Origin: Eledone cirrhosa
Taxonomy: Eukaryota
Reading direction: 5' to 3'
DNA: 64,000 nt
NCBI GenBank assembly: GCA_964016885.1
Contig: OZ024756.1
Location: forward strand, 12,524,001 to 12,588,000
The notes beneath the pieces were generated by a model, which saw nothing but the letters and a program-made list of their open reading frames with translations, did not search any database and was not told the origin of the DNA. Numbering within the stretch: position 1 is the stretch's first letter; every line of letters begins with the position of its first letter. Positions 29,891 to 43,935 of the stretch are shown piece by piece. A program made the translations under genes and the position numbers.

Positions 29891-32450
29891 TTAACCCTTT
29901 AACATTTACATTACATTATATATACTATTGTATTTTCACAGTAAACACTTTACCTCACATAATATCTCACATAGCATTTACATTACTCTATATATACTAT
30001 TGTATTTTCACAGTAAAGGCTTTACCTCACATAATTATCTCACTTTATATATACTATTGTATTTTCACAGTAAACACTTTACCTCACATAACATTTACAT
30101 TACTCTATATATACTATTGTATTTTCACAGTAAAGGCTTTACCTCACATAACATTTACATTACTCTATATATACTATTGTATTTTCCCAGTAAAGGCTTT
30201 ACCTCACATAATATTTCACATAACATTTACATTACTCTATATATACCATTGTATTTTCCCAGTAAAGGCTTTACCTCACATAATATTTCACCTAACCTTT
30301 ACATTACTTTATATATACTATTGTATTTTCACAGTAAACACTTTACCTCACATAGTATCTCACATAACATTTACATTACTCTATATATACTATTGTATTT
30401 TCACAGTAAAGGCTTTACCTCACATAATATCTCACATAACATTTACATTACTCTATATATACTATTGTATTTTCACAGTAAAGGCTTTACCTCACATAAT
30501 ATCTCACATAACATTCACATTACTCTATATATACTATTGTATTTTCACAGTAAAGGCTTTACCTCACATAACATTTACATTACTCTATATACTATTGTAT
30601 TTTCACAGTAAAGGCTTTACCTCACATAATATCTCACATAACATTTACATTACTCTATATATACTATTGTATTTTTACAGTAAAGGCTTTACCTCACATA
30701 ACATTTACATTACTCTATATATACTATTGTATTGTCACAGTAAAGGCTTTACCTCACATAATATCTCACATAACATTTACATTACTCTATATATACTATT
30801 GTATTATCACAGTAAAGGCTTTACCTCACATAACATTTACATTACTCTATATATACTATTGTATTGTCACAGTAAAGGCTTTACCTCACATAATATCTCA
30901 CATAACATTTACATTACTCTATATATACTATTGTATTTTCACAGTAAAAGCTTTACCTCACATAATATCTCACATAACATTTACATTACTCTATATATAC
31001 TATTGTATTTTCACAGTAAAAGCTTTACCTCACATAATATCTCACATAACATTTACATTACTCTATATATACTATTGTATTTTCACAGTAAAAGCTTTAC
31101 CTCACATAATATCTCACATAACATTTACATTACTCTATATATACTATTGTATTTTCACAGTAAAAGCTTTACCTCACATAATATCTCACATAACATTTAC
31201 ATTACTCTATATATACTATTGTATTTTCACAGTAAAGGCTTTACCTCACATAATATCTCACATAACATTTACATTACTCTATATACTATTGTATTTTCAC
31301 AGTAAAGGCTTTACCTCACATAATATCTCACATAACATTTACATTACTCTATATATACTATTGTATTTTCACAGTAAAGGCTTTACCTCACATAATATCT
31401 CACATAACATTTACATTACTCTATATACTATTGTATTTTCACAGTAAAGGCTTTACCTCACATAATATCTCACATAACATTTACATTACTCTATATATAC
31501 TATTGTATTTTCACAGTAAAGGCTTTACCTCACATAATATCTCACATAACATTTACATTACTCTATATACTATTGTATTTTCACAGTAAAGGCTTTACCT
31601 CACATAATATCTCACATAACATTTACATTACTCTATATATACTATTGTATTTTCACAGTAAAGGCTTTACCTCACATAATATCTCACATAACATTTACAT
31701 TACTCTATATACTATTGTATTTTCACAGTAAAGGCTTTACCTCACATAATATCTCACATAACATTTACATTACTCTATATATACTATTGTATTTTCACAG
31801 TAAAGGCTTTACCTCACATAATATCTCACATAACATTTACATTACTCTATATACTATTGTATTTTCACAGTAAAGGCTTTACCTCACATAATATCTCACA
31901 TAACATTTACATTACTCTATATATACTATTGTATTTTCACAGTAAAGGCTTTACCTCACATAATATCTCACATAACATTTACATTACTCTATATACTATT
32001 GTATTTTCACAGTAAAGGCTTTACCTCACATAATATCTCACATAACATTTACATTACTCTATATATACTATTGTATTTTCACAGTAAAGGCTTTACCTCA
32101 CATAATATCTCACATAACATTTACATTACTCTATATACTATTGTATTTTCACAGTAAAGGCTTTACCTCACATAACATTTACATTACTCTATATACTATT
32201 GTATTTTCACAGTAAAGGCTTTACCTCACATAATATCTCACATAACATTTACATTACTCTATATATACTATTGTATTGTCACAGTAAAGGCTTTACCTCA
32301 CATAATATCAAATCTATGAGATCTTGATGTTATTTATTTTGACAACAATACCTTAACATCAGTATGAGTGGCTGGTTATAACCAGTCTGAACAGAACGAG
32401 GTGAGTGAAATCCGGCCAGATGTGGCTGGTTCAAATGCCAAAGGTTTTAA
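29891..32450. mobile_element. piggyBac-like MITE with ~2.4-kb internal minisatellite expansion
   Basis: Starts TTAAccctttaacatttaca, continues with the same unit as 1-1205, then the MITE body ending aaatgccaaaggttTTAA. Confidence 0.82.
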
Positions 32451-32460
32451 AAGTAGTTAC

Positions 32461-32603
32461 CTGGATTATTTTTAGCTAGAACATCCTTCTTCTCTCGTTC
32501 CTTTTGTGCCATTTTCTTATAATACTCATCACAGGGATGGTCCCAGGTACTGTTACCATCCATCAGGTTGAAGTAGTAGATGTGACCACTGGTCAGATCT
32601 TCA
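32461..32603 (-). CDS. CEP164: CEP164 coding exon 3, WW domain (CEDLTSGHIYYFNLMDGNSTWDHPCDEYYKKMAQKEREKKDVLAKNNP)
   Basis: Acceptor cttacag|, donor G|GTAACT, 143 nt, phase 2 to 1. WW signature G.IYYFN...G.S.WDHPCD typical of CEP164. Confidence 0.93.
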
Positions 32604-32637
32604 CTGTAAGTGGAGTTGAAATAAAACATAACAAACA

Positions 32638-33769
32638 TAGTGGTGGTGGTGCTGGTGTTGTGGTGGCGGCGGTGTTGTGGTGACGGTGGTGTTGGTGGTT
32701 GGTGGTGGTGTTGGTGGTTGGTGGTGGTGGTTGGTGGTGGTGTTGTTGGTGGTGGTGATGGTGTTGGTGGTTGGTGGTGTTGGTGGTGGTGGTTGGTGGT
32801 GGTGTTGTTGGTGGTTGGTGGTGGTGTTGTTGGTGGTTGGTGGTGTGTGGTGGTGGTGGTGTTGGTGGTGGTGTTGGTGGTTGTTGGTGGTGGTGTTGGT
32901 GGTGTTGGTGGTGGTGGTTGGTGGTGGTGGTGTTGGTGGTTGTTGGTGGTGGTGTTGGTGGTGTTGGTGGTGGTGGTTGGTGGTGGTGGTGTTGGTGGTT
33001 GTTGGTGGTGGTGCTGGTGGTGGTGGTTGGTGGTGGTGTTGTTGGTGGTTGGTGGTGTGTGGTGGTGGTGGTGCTGGTGTTGGTGGTGGTGTTGGTGGTT
33101 GTTGGTGGTGGTGTTGGTGGTGTTGGTGGTGGTGGTTGGTGGTGGTGGTGTTGTTGTTGGTGGTTGGTGGTGTGTGGTGGTTGGTGGTGTGTGGTGGTGG
33201 TGTTGGTGGTGGTGGCAGTGGTTGGTAGTGGTGTTGTTGGTGGTGGTGGTGGTGGTGGTGGTGGTGGTGGTGGTGGTGGTAGTGATGGTGGTGGTGCTGG
33301 TGTTGTGGTGGTGGTTGGTTGTGGTGTTGGTGGTGGTTGGTGTTGTTGTTGTGGTGGTGGTGGTGTCGGTTGATGTTGTGGTGGTGGTGATGGTTGTGGT
33401 GGTGGAGGTGATGGTGACGGTGGTGGTTGATGCTGTGGTGGTGGTGATGGTGGTGGTTGGTGGAGGTGATGCTGTGCTGGTGTTGTGGTGGTGGTTGGTT
33501 GTGGTTGGTTGTGGTGTTGGTGGTGGTTGGTGTGGTGGTGGTGGTGGTGGTGGTGTCGGTTGATGTTGTGGTGGTGGAGGTGATGGTGACGGTGGTGATT
33601 GGTGTTGTGGTGGTGATGGTGGTGGTTGGTGTTGTGGTGGTGGTGGTTGCGGTTGTCGTGTTGGTGGTGGTGGTGGTTGGTGTTGTTGTGGTGGTAGTGG
33701 TGGTGGTTGGTGTTGTTGTGGTGGTTGATGTTGTGGTGGTGATGATGGTAGTGTTGGTAGTGGTGGTGA
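32638..33769. repeat. (GGT)n-type microsatellite filling most of the CEP164 intron between coding exons 2 and 3
   Basis: Direct reading. Confidence 0.95.
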
Positions 33770-33811
33770 AATAAAAACACAAGGAGCACACCCTCCCACT
33801 GCTACACTTAC

Positions 33812-33923
33812 CAAACTCTCCAGTCATCAGGTAAGTGAGCAAGAATTCCTTCCTGAGCAATCCACATCAGATGTGGTTCCTTTTCCGGATCAATATCTAT
33901 GGTCCGAGCATATTCTAGGATCT
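33812..33923 (-). CDS. CEP164: CEP164 coding exon 2 ([37 protein letters not shown])
   Basis: Acceptor atttcag|, donor TG|GTAAGT, 112 nt, phase 1 to 2. Closely resembles the conserved CEP164 segment EILEFAREIGIDP..EPELMWLAREGI.APLP..WKPC. Absent from the ORF track. Confidence 0.92.
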
Positions 33924-34134
33924 CTGAAATAGAAAGAGAAATCTTTGTCACCATAGTGCCATCTAGTGGTGAGGGTATTCATAATGTTGGTAGGTCTCGG
34001 CTATTGGCCATGGCCATGTCTAACTTAATAGCACCACCTGGTGTCCTTGAACAAAACACATCATTTCATGTTGCTCCTGTATACTCAGCTAAAAATGAGT
34101 ACCAGTAATAGCTGGGGGTTTAACCCTGCGATCT

Positions 34135-34820
34135 TCAGGTCATGAGATTGATTCCTGGCAGCATGTTGTGTCCTTCAGCAAGTTACTTTATTTCACATTG
34201 CTCCAGTCCACTGTGTCCTTGAGCAAGACACTTTATTTTACATTGTTCCAGTCCACTGTGTCCTTCAGCAAGACACTTTATTTTACATTGCTCCAGTCCA
34301 CTGTGTCCTTGAGCAAGTTACTTTATTTCACATTGCTCCAGTCCACCGTGTCCTTGAGCAAGTTACTTTATTTCACATTGCTCCAGTCCACTGTGTCCTT
34401 GAGCAAGTTACTTTATTTCACATTGCTCCAGTCCACTCTGCCCTTGAGCAAGACACTTTATTTCACATTGCTCCAGTCCGGTGTCTTTCAGCAAGACACT
34501 TTATTTCACATTTATCCAGTCCACTGTGTCCTTGAGCAAGACACTTTATTTCACATTTATCCAGTCCACTGTGTCCTTGAGCAAGACACTTTATTTCACA
34601 TTGCTCCAGTCCACTCAGCTGATAAAAATGAGTTGTACCTGTAATTCAAGGGGCTAGCCTTGTCACATTCTGTGGCACACTGAATCTCCCTGAGAACTAC
34701 ATTAAGGGTACGCATGTCTGTAGAATGCTCATCCACTTGTAGGTTAATTTCCTGAGCAGGCTGTTCCATTTATTTTATCAACGGAAACACTTGTCTTGTC
34801 GTTGTTGGCGACAGCGTGCC
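34135..34820 (+). mobile_element. tRNA-type SINE with internal 45-bp tandem expansion (34167-34615)
   Basis: Unit gtgtccttgagcaagacactttatttcacattgctccagtccact, which is single-copy in other SINEs of the window. Confidence 0.8.
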
Positions 34821-36129
34821 AATAACTGATGTATTTCATCATTTCATTTTACGTCCGCTTTCCCTGCTTGCAAGGGTGGGACGGGATCTGATTCTGGCTT
34901 GATTTCTACAGCTGGATGCCCTTCCTAACACCAACCTCATTTACAGTGAGTGCTGGGTGCTTTTTTTTCCGTGGCGCCTACACGACCACTTTACAGTGTG
35001 GGCTGGGTGCTTTTTTGCCGTGGCACCTCCACGACCACTTTGCAGTGGAATGATAGGGACCCCAATCCCTATCATCTCATTTCTACAGCTGAGTAAACTG
35101 GAGCAATGTGAAATAAAGTGTCTTGCTCAAGGAGACAACACATCACCATGTCTGAGAATTGAACTCACAACCTTTCGATTGCAAGGCCAATGCTCTAACC
35201 ACTAAGCCATGTGCTTTATAAAACACAATAAATAAGGAAGCATCACAAAACATGGAGGTGCCTGGCTTAGTGGTAAGGGTGCTGGACTTCTGATCATATC
35301 ATGTGTTTGATTTCAGGTCTGGGTTGCGTATTACGTTCTTGAGCAAAACACTTCATTTCACTTTGCTTCTGTATACACAGCTAAAAAAATGAGTACCAGC
35401 AATAATTGGAGGTTTAACCCCGTGATGGACTGGTGACCTGTCCAGGGGGGAGTCTTGTACTCTCAGTCACTTCATGCCATGAAACCAGGATAAGCAATAG
35501 CCTGACGGGCCTCCTGGCTTGAGACAGACTTTAGATCACAATGAGTGTTCTAAAATTATTGAAATATTCCTTCCTATACTAGGGGTTAGCCATGTGTAGG
35601 GAGGTGGAGTGGCGCATGACAAGCTGACCCATCTATCTATTACTCTCTATCTTCTCTCACCCACCTCACAAACCCTCCTCCATCATCTTTAGTTATGTCT
35701 TTCTTGGTCTTCCCCTTCCTCCACTTCCTTCCGCATTCATTTCCATCACTCTCCTCAATCAATCACTTTCATCCTTCCGCAACACATGACCCAACCATCT
35801 CATTCCATTTCTCTTTACAACATACAACACGGGCTCTATTCCCCTAACACGGTCCCATTTATCATTCCTCAACACATGGCCAAACCATCTCATTCCATTT
35901 CTCTTCACAACATTCATGACTGGCTCTATTTTTCTCATTCACACCCAGTCACTTTCATCCTTGCTCAACACATGTCCCAACCATCTCATTCCATTTCTCT
36001 TGTTGACCAAAATCTATAGATATAAAATGGCCTAGAGAAAAGGGATGCAGATGTGAAGACAAAGTGAACAATCTTGTCATGCAGTCCCAACCACGACCCC
36101 CTGCTCCACCTGCAAGGCTAACCCTTTCT

Positions 36130-36358
36130 TTAACCCTTTAACATTTACATTACTCAGTATTTACTATTATATTTTCATGGTAAAGGCTTTTCCGCACATA
36201 ATTATCTCACATAATATCAAATCTATGAGATTTTGATATCATATATTTTGAGATCAATACCTTAACATCAGTATGAGCAGCCGGTTACAGCCAGTTTGAA
36301 GAGAAAGAGGTGAGAGGATTCCGACCAGATACGTCCAATTTAAATGCTAAAGGGTTAA
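36130..36358. mobile_element. piggyBac-like MITE (unexpanded copy)
   Basis: TTAAccctttaacatttaca ... taaatgctaaagggTTAA. Confidence 0.85.
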
Positions 36359-36403
36359 GTGAGGACAGTGGCCTCAAATTGCTTGCTGTGTTGTTATACT
36401 CAC

Positions 36404-36470
36404 CATCTTCAGTCGGTTGGTAATTCTCATCAAATGTCTCTTCCAGGATAATCTGGTTTTGGGTCGTCAT
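36404..36470 (-). CDS. CEP164: CEP164-like centrosomal (distal appendage) protein, first coding exon (MTTQNQIILEETFDENYQPTED)
   Basis: ATG at 36468-36470; donor G|GTGAGT; 67 nt, phase 1. Peptide resembles the CEP164 N-terminus (LEEDYDE.Y.P.E). An acceptor tttttaag| puts the exon start at 36541, so it includes 5' UTR. Confidence 0.88.
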
Positions 36471-36632
36471 CTTCACACAAAGTTACCAAAATGGTCAAAA
36501 AAAAACAAAAAACCCCACCAATGTTTGTTGTGGAAAAATACCTTAAAAAAAAAAGAAAGAAAAACATTTACAATCATCAAAAACAAGATGGTGTAGGACA
36601 GAACAAAGGACAGATACAAAATAACAAAAGTA

Positions 36633-36675
36633 GTCACTGAGGAGGTCACAAAATGTGTGACGAAAGAGCTTTGAC
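36633..36675 (+). ncRNA. Minimal hammerhead-like motif, second copy of the 56038 family
   Basis: GTCA-CTGAGGA-G-GTCACA-aaatg-TGTGAC-GAAA-GAGCTT-TGAC. Flanks are homologous to 55985-56230. Confidence 0.55.
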
Positions 36676-36787
36676 AATGAACAAATTAACAGCCTGGTTA
36701 TTAAACTAACTGACTGGGAGTTCATAATAAATTGAAGTGAAAACCAACAGGTGTGTGTGTTTTTATTCGCAGCATGACCCTCCCAAA

Positions 36788-37938
36788 CATCATCATCATC
36801 ATCATCATCATCGTTTAACGTCCATCTTCCACGCTTGCATGGGTTTGGACGGGAATTTTCCCACTTGAGGCAAGATTGGTTGTCTTGCTCATATAGGACT
36901 GTCTGGCGGGTTTTCTACGGCTGGATGCCCTTCCTAACACCAACCACGTTTACAGTGTGGACTGGGAGGTTTTTACTGTGTTACCTACACGGCCACATTA
37001 CAGCGTGGCATAACTTTACATCGAAAGGGGTGGTGTGGATGGGGTGGGGGTAGTGGAATGGGGGTGTATTTTTGTTAAGAGGTGCCTACTGACTGTAGGT
37101 TTCGCTTTGTACTTAGGCAAGGCGGGTCTTCTGTATTACTGTGTCGGGCCAAAGATCTCGGTCCAGTGACATTGTCTTGGAGAGGTGTAAGTGTGTGAGG
37201 TCGGAATTTATCAAGTCGTCCCAGGTTTTTTCTGGGTCTGCCTACTCCGTGGCTACCGTCTATTTTGACTGCCCTGCACTTTTTTATACAGCTGTCGTCT
37301 TTCATGCACATCACGTGACCATACCAACGTAGTCTTCTCTCGAGTAAACAACATCTGATCACTCTTATTCCTAATTTCTCCCTTAGTTCATTTATGCTCT
37401 GCCGTTCATGTTACACATCCAACGGAGCATGCAAGCTTCGTTCCTCTCCAGTCTGCTTATATCCTCTGCACACAATGCCCAAGTCTCACTGCCATGTAAC
37501 ATTGCTGTTCGTATGCAGGCATCATACAGCCTGCCTTTCATTTTTAGAGAGAACCCTTTAGCGGCCAATAGTGGTATAAGCTCTCTGAACTTTTTCCATC
37601 CCGTTCTGACTCTAGCTACTGTACTTTCAGAGCACCCTCCACCACTGCTGATTTTGTCACCCAGGTAACGGAAGGTGTCCACTATTTCTATAGAACCATC
37701 TGTGCAATGGAATGAGCTAGTATTCTGTGCACACTTGCTGCTACTTATTGCACCTGAGCACCGGCCACATATAAAATCTATATTCTTAGTTAGCTTACCT
37801 GTGATTCCACTACATCTTTTATGTACCCATACTTTGCATTTGGGACATAAAATGGAGTTACTGCCTACTCCTTTCCTACACACTGAGCATGGCCATTTCC
37901 CAGATGGGACCAGTGCCCTATTTTCCTTCCTACAAACT
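36788..37938 (-). mobile_element. RTE LINE 3' portion
   Basis: [29 protein letters not shown] zinc-binding insert, YLGDKIS, GSETW; 3' UTR and (GAT)n tail. Confidence 0.92.
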
Positions 37939-38144
37939 TTATATATATATCATTATTTTTTTCTTATTTTCCCCCATTCCTGTCGCTTCTTACTCTTTAC
38001 TTTATCTTCTATTCTGATGAAGGACCAGTCTCCAAAAGGTTAAGAATATCTTCCTGCTATTTCAAGCGTTAAACTAATATATTTCTTCAATGTGTTGTTT
38101 GCTTGTTTATTTCTGTTTACCTTTCAAATATCAATATATATATA

Positions 38145-39013
38145 CAGGGTGCGGACGATATTTGTTCGCAATTTTCAACTGCTAATTTTATGCAAATTCT
38201 CTTTACTTCCGTTGTCACTCTTGTTTTCGTAAAAACAGTGACTATATTTCCATTATTTATTTTCAGAATAATTGATGATGAATAATTTTGAACCTCCAAA
38301 TTTGTGGAGGAGGCACAGAGTTCTTGGAATCCGCGCTGGGAGGACAAATAAGACCAGAAGATCAACTCCCAGAACAACAGGTGGCTCGCTGTCTCATCCA
38401 AAGACGTGCCCAGAGTCATGCAGACAAAGTTTCCAGCGACAACATTGGTCTTAGGTATCGTCAGCAGTCAAGGTGACGTCATGCCGCCTCAAGCTGAACA
38501 CCGATGGCTACATCCGCGTTCTGAGCGAGGTAGTAAAGCCCTGGATCGACCAGGTAGCTGCAGGTAGGCCGTACGTGTGGCAGCAAGACTCAGCGCCCTG
38601 CCATACCAGCCGAAAGACCCAAGCCTGGCTGTCAGAGAACTTCGTCAACCACACTTCACCTGACATCTGGCCTCCCAGCTCGCCTGACTGCAACCCCCTC
38701 GACTTCTTTGTGTGGGGCGCAGTGGAACGAGACACCAACAGATCTAGCTGCAATACGAAAGACGAGCTGATGGCCAGGATCACAAGTGCCTTTAGGGGCC
38801 TAAGTCGGGGGACAGTGACGAAGGCCTGTAGCCGGTTCCAAGGCCGCCTTGAGACCGTCATCAAAGCCAATGGCAGATTTATCGAGTGAGATCGAAAGAA
38901 CAAGTCATGAAGATAAACTGACCCAAGTTTGATAAATAAATCTTAAAATATAAAACTACTGTGTTATTTTTTTCTAGACAGTAATCTTGCGAACAAATAT
39001 CATCCGCACCCTG
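38145..39013 (+). mobile_element. Tc1/mariner-superfamily DD37D (maT-type) transposon, internally deleted
   Basis: TA-flanked TIRs CAGGGTGCGGA(C/T)GATATTTGTTCGCAA. Transposase C-terminus WQQDSAPCH...WPPSSPDCNPLD with 37 residues between the last two catalytic Asp. Confidence 0.9.
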
Positions 39014-40048
39014 TATATGTGAAGGCACATGGCTTAGTGGTTAGAGCATTGGGCTTGCAATCGAAAGGTTGTGAGTTCAATTCTCAGACTGGGTGATATG
39101 TTGTTTCCTTGAGCAACTCACTTTATTTCACATTGCTCCAGTTTACTCAGCTGTAGGAATGAGATGATAGGGACTGGGGTCCATATCATTCCACTGCAAA
39201 GTGGACGTGGAGGTGCCACGGAAAAACAGCACCCAGCACTCACTGTAAATGAGGTTGGTGTTAGGAAGGGCATCCAGCTGTAGAAATCAAGCCGACCGGA
39301 CACTGCCCACAACAGGACAACCCATCTAACCCATGCTAGTATGGAAGAACGGACGTAAAACGATGATGATGATGATGATATATATATATATATATATATA
39401 GAGGCACATGGCTTAGTGGTTAGAGCATTGGCCTTGCAATTGAAAGGTTGTGAGTTCAATTCTCAAACTGGGTGATGTGTTGTGTCCTTGAGCAAGACAC
39501 TTTATTTCACATTGCTCTTGATGTGGAGAAGTAGCGACTTTACCAAGAGTAACACCCCTAATATCAGACCCCTATTGAGTAATGTTACTCCAAAGAAACT
39601 CCAGAGGGAACATCATTTTGGCTGCTTGTATTCTTTCAGTCATTACCCAAGATAAGGAGAGGCATGAATACCATATTGAAGACAGCAAGTTCGGCTTTTA
39701 CACATACCTCCTTTCTTCCGATGGGCAAGTACTGATGCTGGTGCATAACTGCACCAACACTTTTTTGCATTTAATTCAGCCTGCTGCCTTCCATCACCAA
39801 TGAAAACAGCTCCAAGATATTTCAACTTCCTGCATCTGCTTTAGTGAAGATGCAAAATCACACTGCGCAGACTTAGTTGAGTGGTTTTGTATTGTAAAAA
39901 TCACGAGTGGTTTTATGCAGTTTGGTCTCAAAAACAGAAGAAAAATAACACAAAAAAAAAGGAACAAGCACTAACATAGAGAGAAGACGTGGTAGTGTTG
40001 ATGGTGTTGGTGGTGTGGTGGGGAGGGGTTGTTTTCTGCATAATTTAC

Positions 40049-40194
40049 CTGTCAACAGGTGATTATTAATTATTCAACTATTGGTAAAATGCAACAGTTG
40101 TTGTGGTGTTGGCTGTTCAATCAATCAGCTTTGCAGACAATCAATCAATAGTAACATTTGACAGATCTGATGAGGTAATGAGAAATGAAGAAAT
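40049..40194 (-). other. Candidate non-coding 5'-UTR exon of CEP164
   Basis: Acceptor tttccttccttcctgcag| and donor CAG|GTAAAT around unique sequence, upstream of the start exon, which has its own acceptor. Confidence 0.45.
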
Positions 40195-40288
40195 CTGCAG
40201 GAAGGAAGGAAAAGTGGAGAAACAAGACAAAACACTGAAAGAGAGGATGTAAGTATTGGTTTTTCTATACAAACACAAACTCGCACAC

Positions 40289-40327
<39 letters not shown>

Positions 40328-40451
40328 TATATGTATGTATATATATATATACATATATATACATATAAATATACATGTATGTATATATATATATATATAT
40401 ATACATATAAATATATATGTATATATATGTATATACACATATAAATATGTG

Positions 40452-40505
<54 letters not shown>

Positions 40506-41082
40506 TATGTGCATATATATATAAATATGTGTATATATATAAATATATGTGTATATATATGTATATATACATATAAATTTGTGTGTGTATATATATATGT
40601 ATATATATACATATGTATATGTGTATATATATATATACATATGTATATGTGTATATATATATATACATATGTATATGTGTATATATATGTATGTATATGT
40701 ATGTATCATCATCATCGTCGTCGTTTAACGTCCATCTTCCACGCTAGCATGGGTTATATATATATATATATATATATACATACATATATATATATATATA
40801 CACATATATATATACACATATATATATACACATATATATATACACATATATATATATATATATATACACATATATATATATATATATACACATACATATA
40901 TATATACACATACATATATATATACACATACATATATATATATATACATACATATATATATACATACATATATATATATACACACATACATATATATATA
41001 TACATACATATATATATATATACATACATATATATATACATACATATATATATACATACATAAATATATACATATATATATA

Positions 41083-41122
<40 letters not shown>

Positions 41123-41391
41123 CATACATATATATATATACACACATACATATATATATATATACATACATATATATATATATACATACATATATATATA
41201 TATATATACACATACATATATATATATATACATACATATATATATATATATATACACATACATATATATATATATACATACATATATATATATATATACA
41301 TACATATATATATACATACATATATATATACATATATATATACATACATATATATATACATACATATATATATACATACATAAATATATAC

Positions 41392-41438
<47 letters not shown>

Positions 41439-41560
41439 CATACATATATATATACATATATATATATATACATACATATATATATATATACATACATATA
41501 TATATATATACATACATATATATATATATACATACATATATATATATATACATACATATA

Positions 41561-41624
<64 letters not shown>

Positions 41625-41706
41625 CATACATATATATATACATATATATATATATACATACATATATATATATACATACATATATATATATATACATACA
41701 TATATA

Positions 41707-41802
<96 letters not shown>

Positions 41803-41867
41803 CATACATATATATATATATATACATACATATATATATATATATGTATACATACATATATATATAC

Positions 41868-43006
41868 ATAACTTTGAAATGTTTTGGCCAGTATTGGCCC
41901 AGGCCATGTCTAACTTAATAGCACCACCTGGCGAAGTCTTTCAATTCAGGATTTGGGCACCATGGCCCATTCGAGAAGAGAATTACTGTTTGCGGAGACA
42001 TATCCGGGTGTGGGTGGTTTGTCCGGGATTACTTGGAGGAATTTGTCCAAAGACTTCTTAAATTTTGTGTGGTCAGTTTCTGTTTTGACGTGTCCTGGTG
42101 TGATGTTGAAGAGAGCAGGGCCGATTGAGGTGAAATAATTGTGCCGTATTGTTGTTATGAGTTGCGATTTAGATTTTTGAATGGGACGGATAGCACGGGG
42201 CCCAAGCCTTGGGTGTATCTTGAAGGCGATGCCAACATCATTTGGGCAGTGATGATGGAACATTTTCCACATCATGCAGATAATATAACGCTCACGGCGA
42301 CGTTGGAGTGAGTAAAGTTTCAGGTTTTCTAATCGACCCCAGTAGTCAAGGTCTGACATGCCATCTATCTTTTTCGTGATTGCCCTTTGAGGAGCTTCGA
42401 GTTTCATGATACTTTGTTTCGTGTGGGGAGACCACAGTGGACAACAGTATTCAAGGTGTGGTCGGGCAAAAGTAGAGAAGAGAAGGATAATGGTGTGGGA
42501 ATCTCTCGACTGGAAGGTTCTGAGGATCCAGGAACACATTCTGCGGGCCATGTCAACTTTGCTGCTTATATGCGTGGTACAGCTTATGTTGCTGTCCACG
42601 GTTACTCCCAAGTCTCTGATGTTGTTAGATGCCACGAGAGTTTCCCCGGAGGGAAGGGAGTACGGGAGTTTCAGAGCATCCTCTTTTCCAAAGTGGATCA
42701 GTTCGAATTTGTCTTCGTTCAGTAACATGTTGTTCTTTTCCGCCCATTGGGTAACAGCCAGTAGGTCTGACTGAAGGCTTATCCGGTCATCCACGCCATT
42801 GATGACCTTTTGGAGCTTGGAATCATCAGCGAAAATTTTAATGTTGTTGTGTTTGATGATGTCAGTGATGTCATTAATATAGATGATGAAGAGAAGTGGG
42901 CCCAACACAGTGTCTTGTGGGACCCCACTACTGACTTTGGCTGGGCTGGATTTGACTCCCTCAACTACAACATGTTGGGTTCTGTTTGACAGGAAGCTCT
43001 TGATCC
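41868..43006 (-). mobile_element. CR1/Jockey-group LINE, 5'-truncated RT and 3' end
   Basis: [52 protein letters not shown]; open to a stop at 41946. Same 3' end seen at about 33990-34043. Confidence 0.92.
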
Positions 43007-43897
43007 ATATATATATATATATACACATATATATATACACATATTTATATATATATACATATACACATATATATATATATATATACACATATATATATAT
43101 ATATACACATACATATATATATACACATATATATATATATATACACATATATATATATATATACACATATATATATATACACATACATATATATATACAC
43201 ATATATATATATATATATACACATATATATATATATATACACATACATATATATATACACATATATATATATATATACACATATATATATATATATACAC
43301 ATACATATATATATACACATATATATATATATATATATACACATATATATATATATATATACACATATATATATATATATACACATACATATATATATAT
43401 ATACACATATATATATATATACACATACATATATATATACACATACATATATATATATACATATACATATATATATACACATACATATATATATATACAT
43501 ACATATATATATATACACACATACATATATATATATATACATACATATATATATATATACATACATACATATATATATATATACACATACATATATATAT
43601 ATATACACATACATATATATATATATACATACATATATATACATAGATATATATACATACATATATACATACATATATATATATATATATACATACATAT
43701 ATATATACATACATATATATATACATACATATATATATATATATACATATATATATACATACATATATATATATATACATACATATATATATATATACAT
43801 ACATATATATATACATACATATATATATACATACATATATATATACACATACATATATATATACATGTACATATATACATGCATATATATATACATA

Positions 43898-43935
<38 letters not shown>

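Noticed and set aside
32447-33860. Pro/His/Thr-rich ORFs, one in frame with the WW exon
   Set aside because: Intronic (GGT)n. Retaining the intron from exon 2 gives an immediate stop (TGG TAA).
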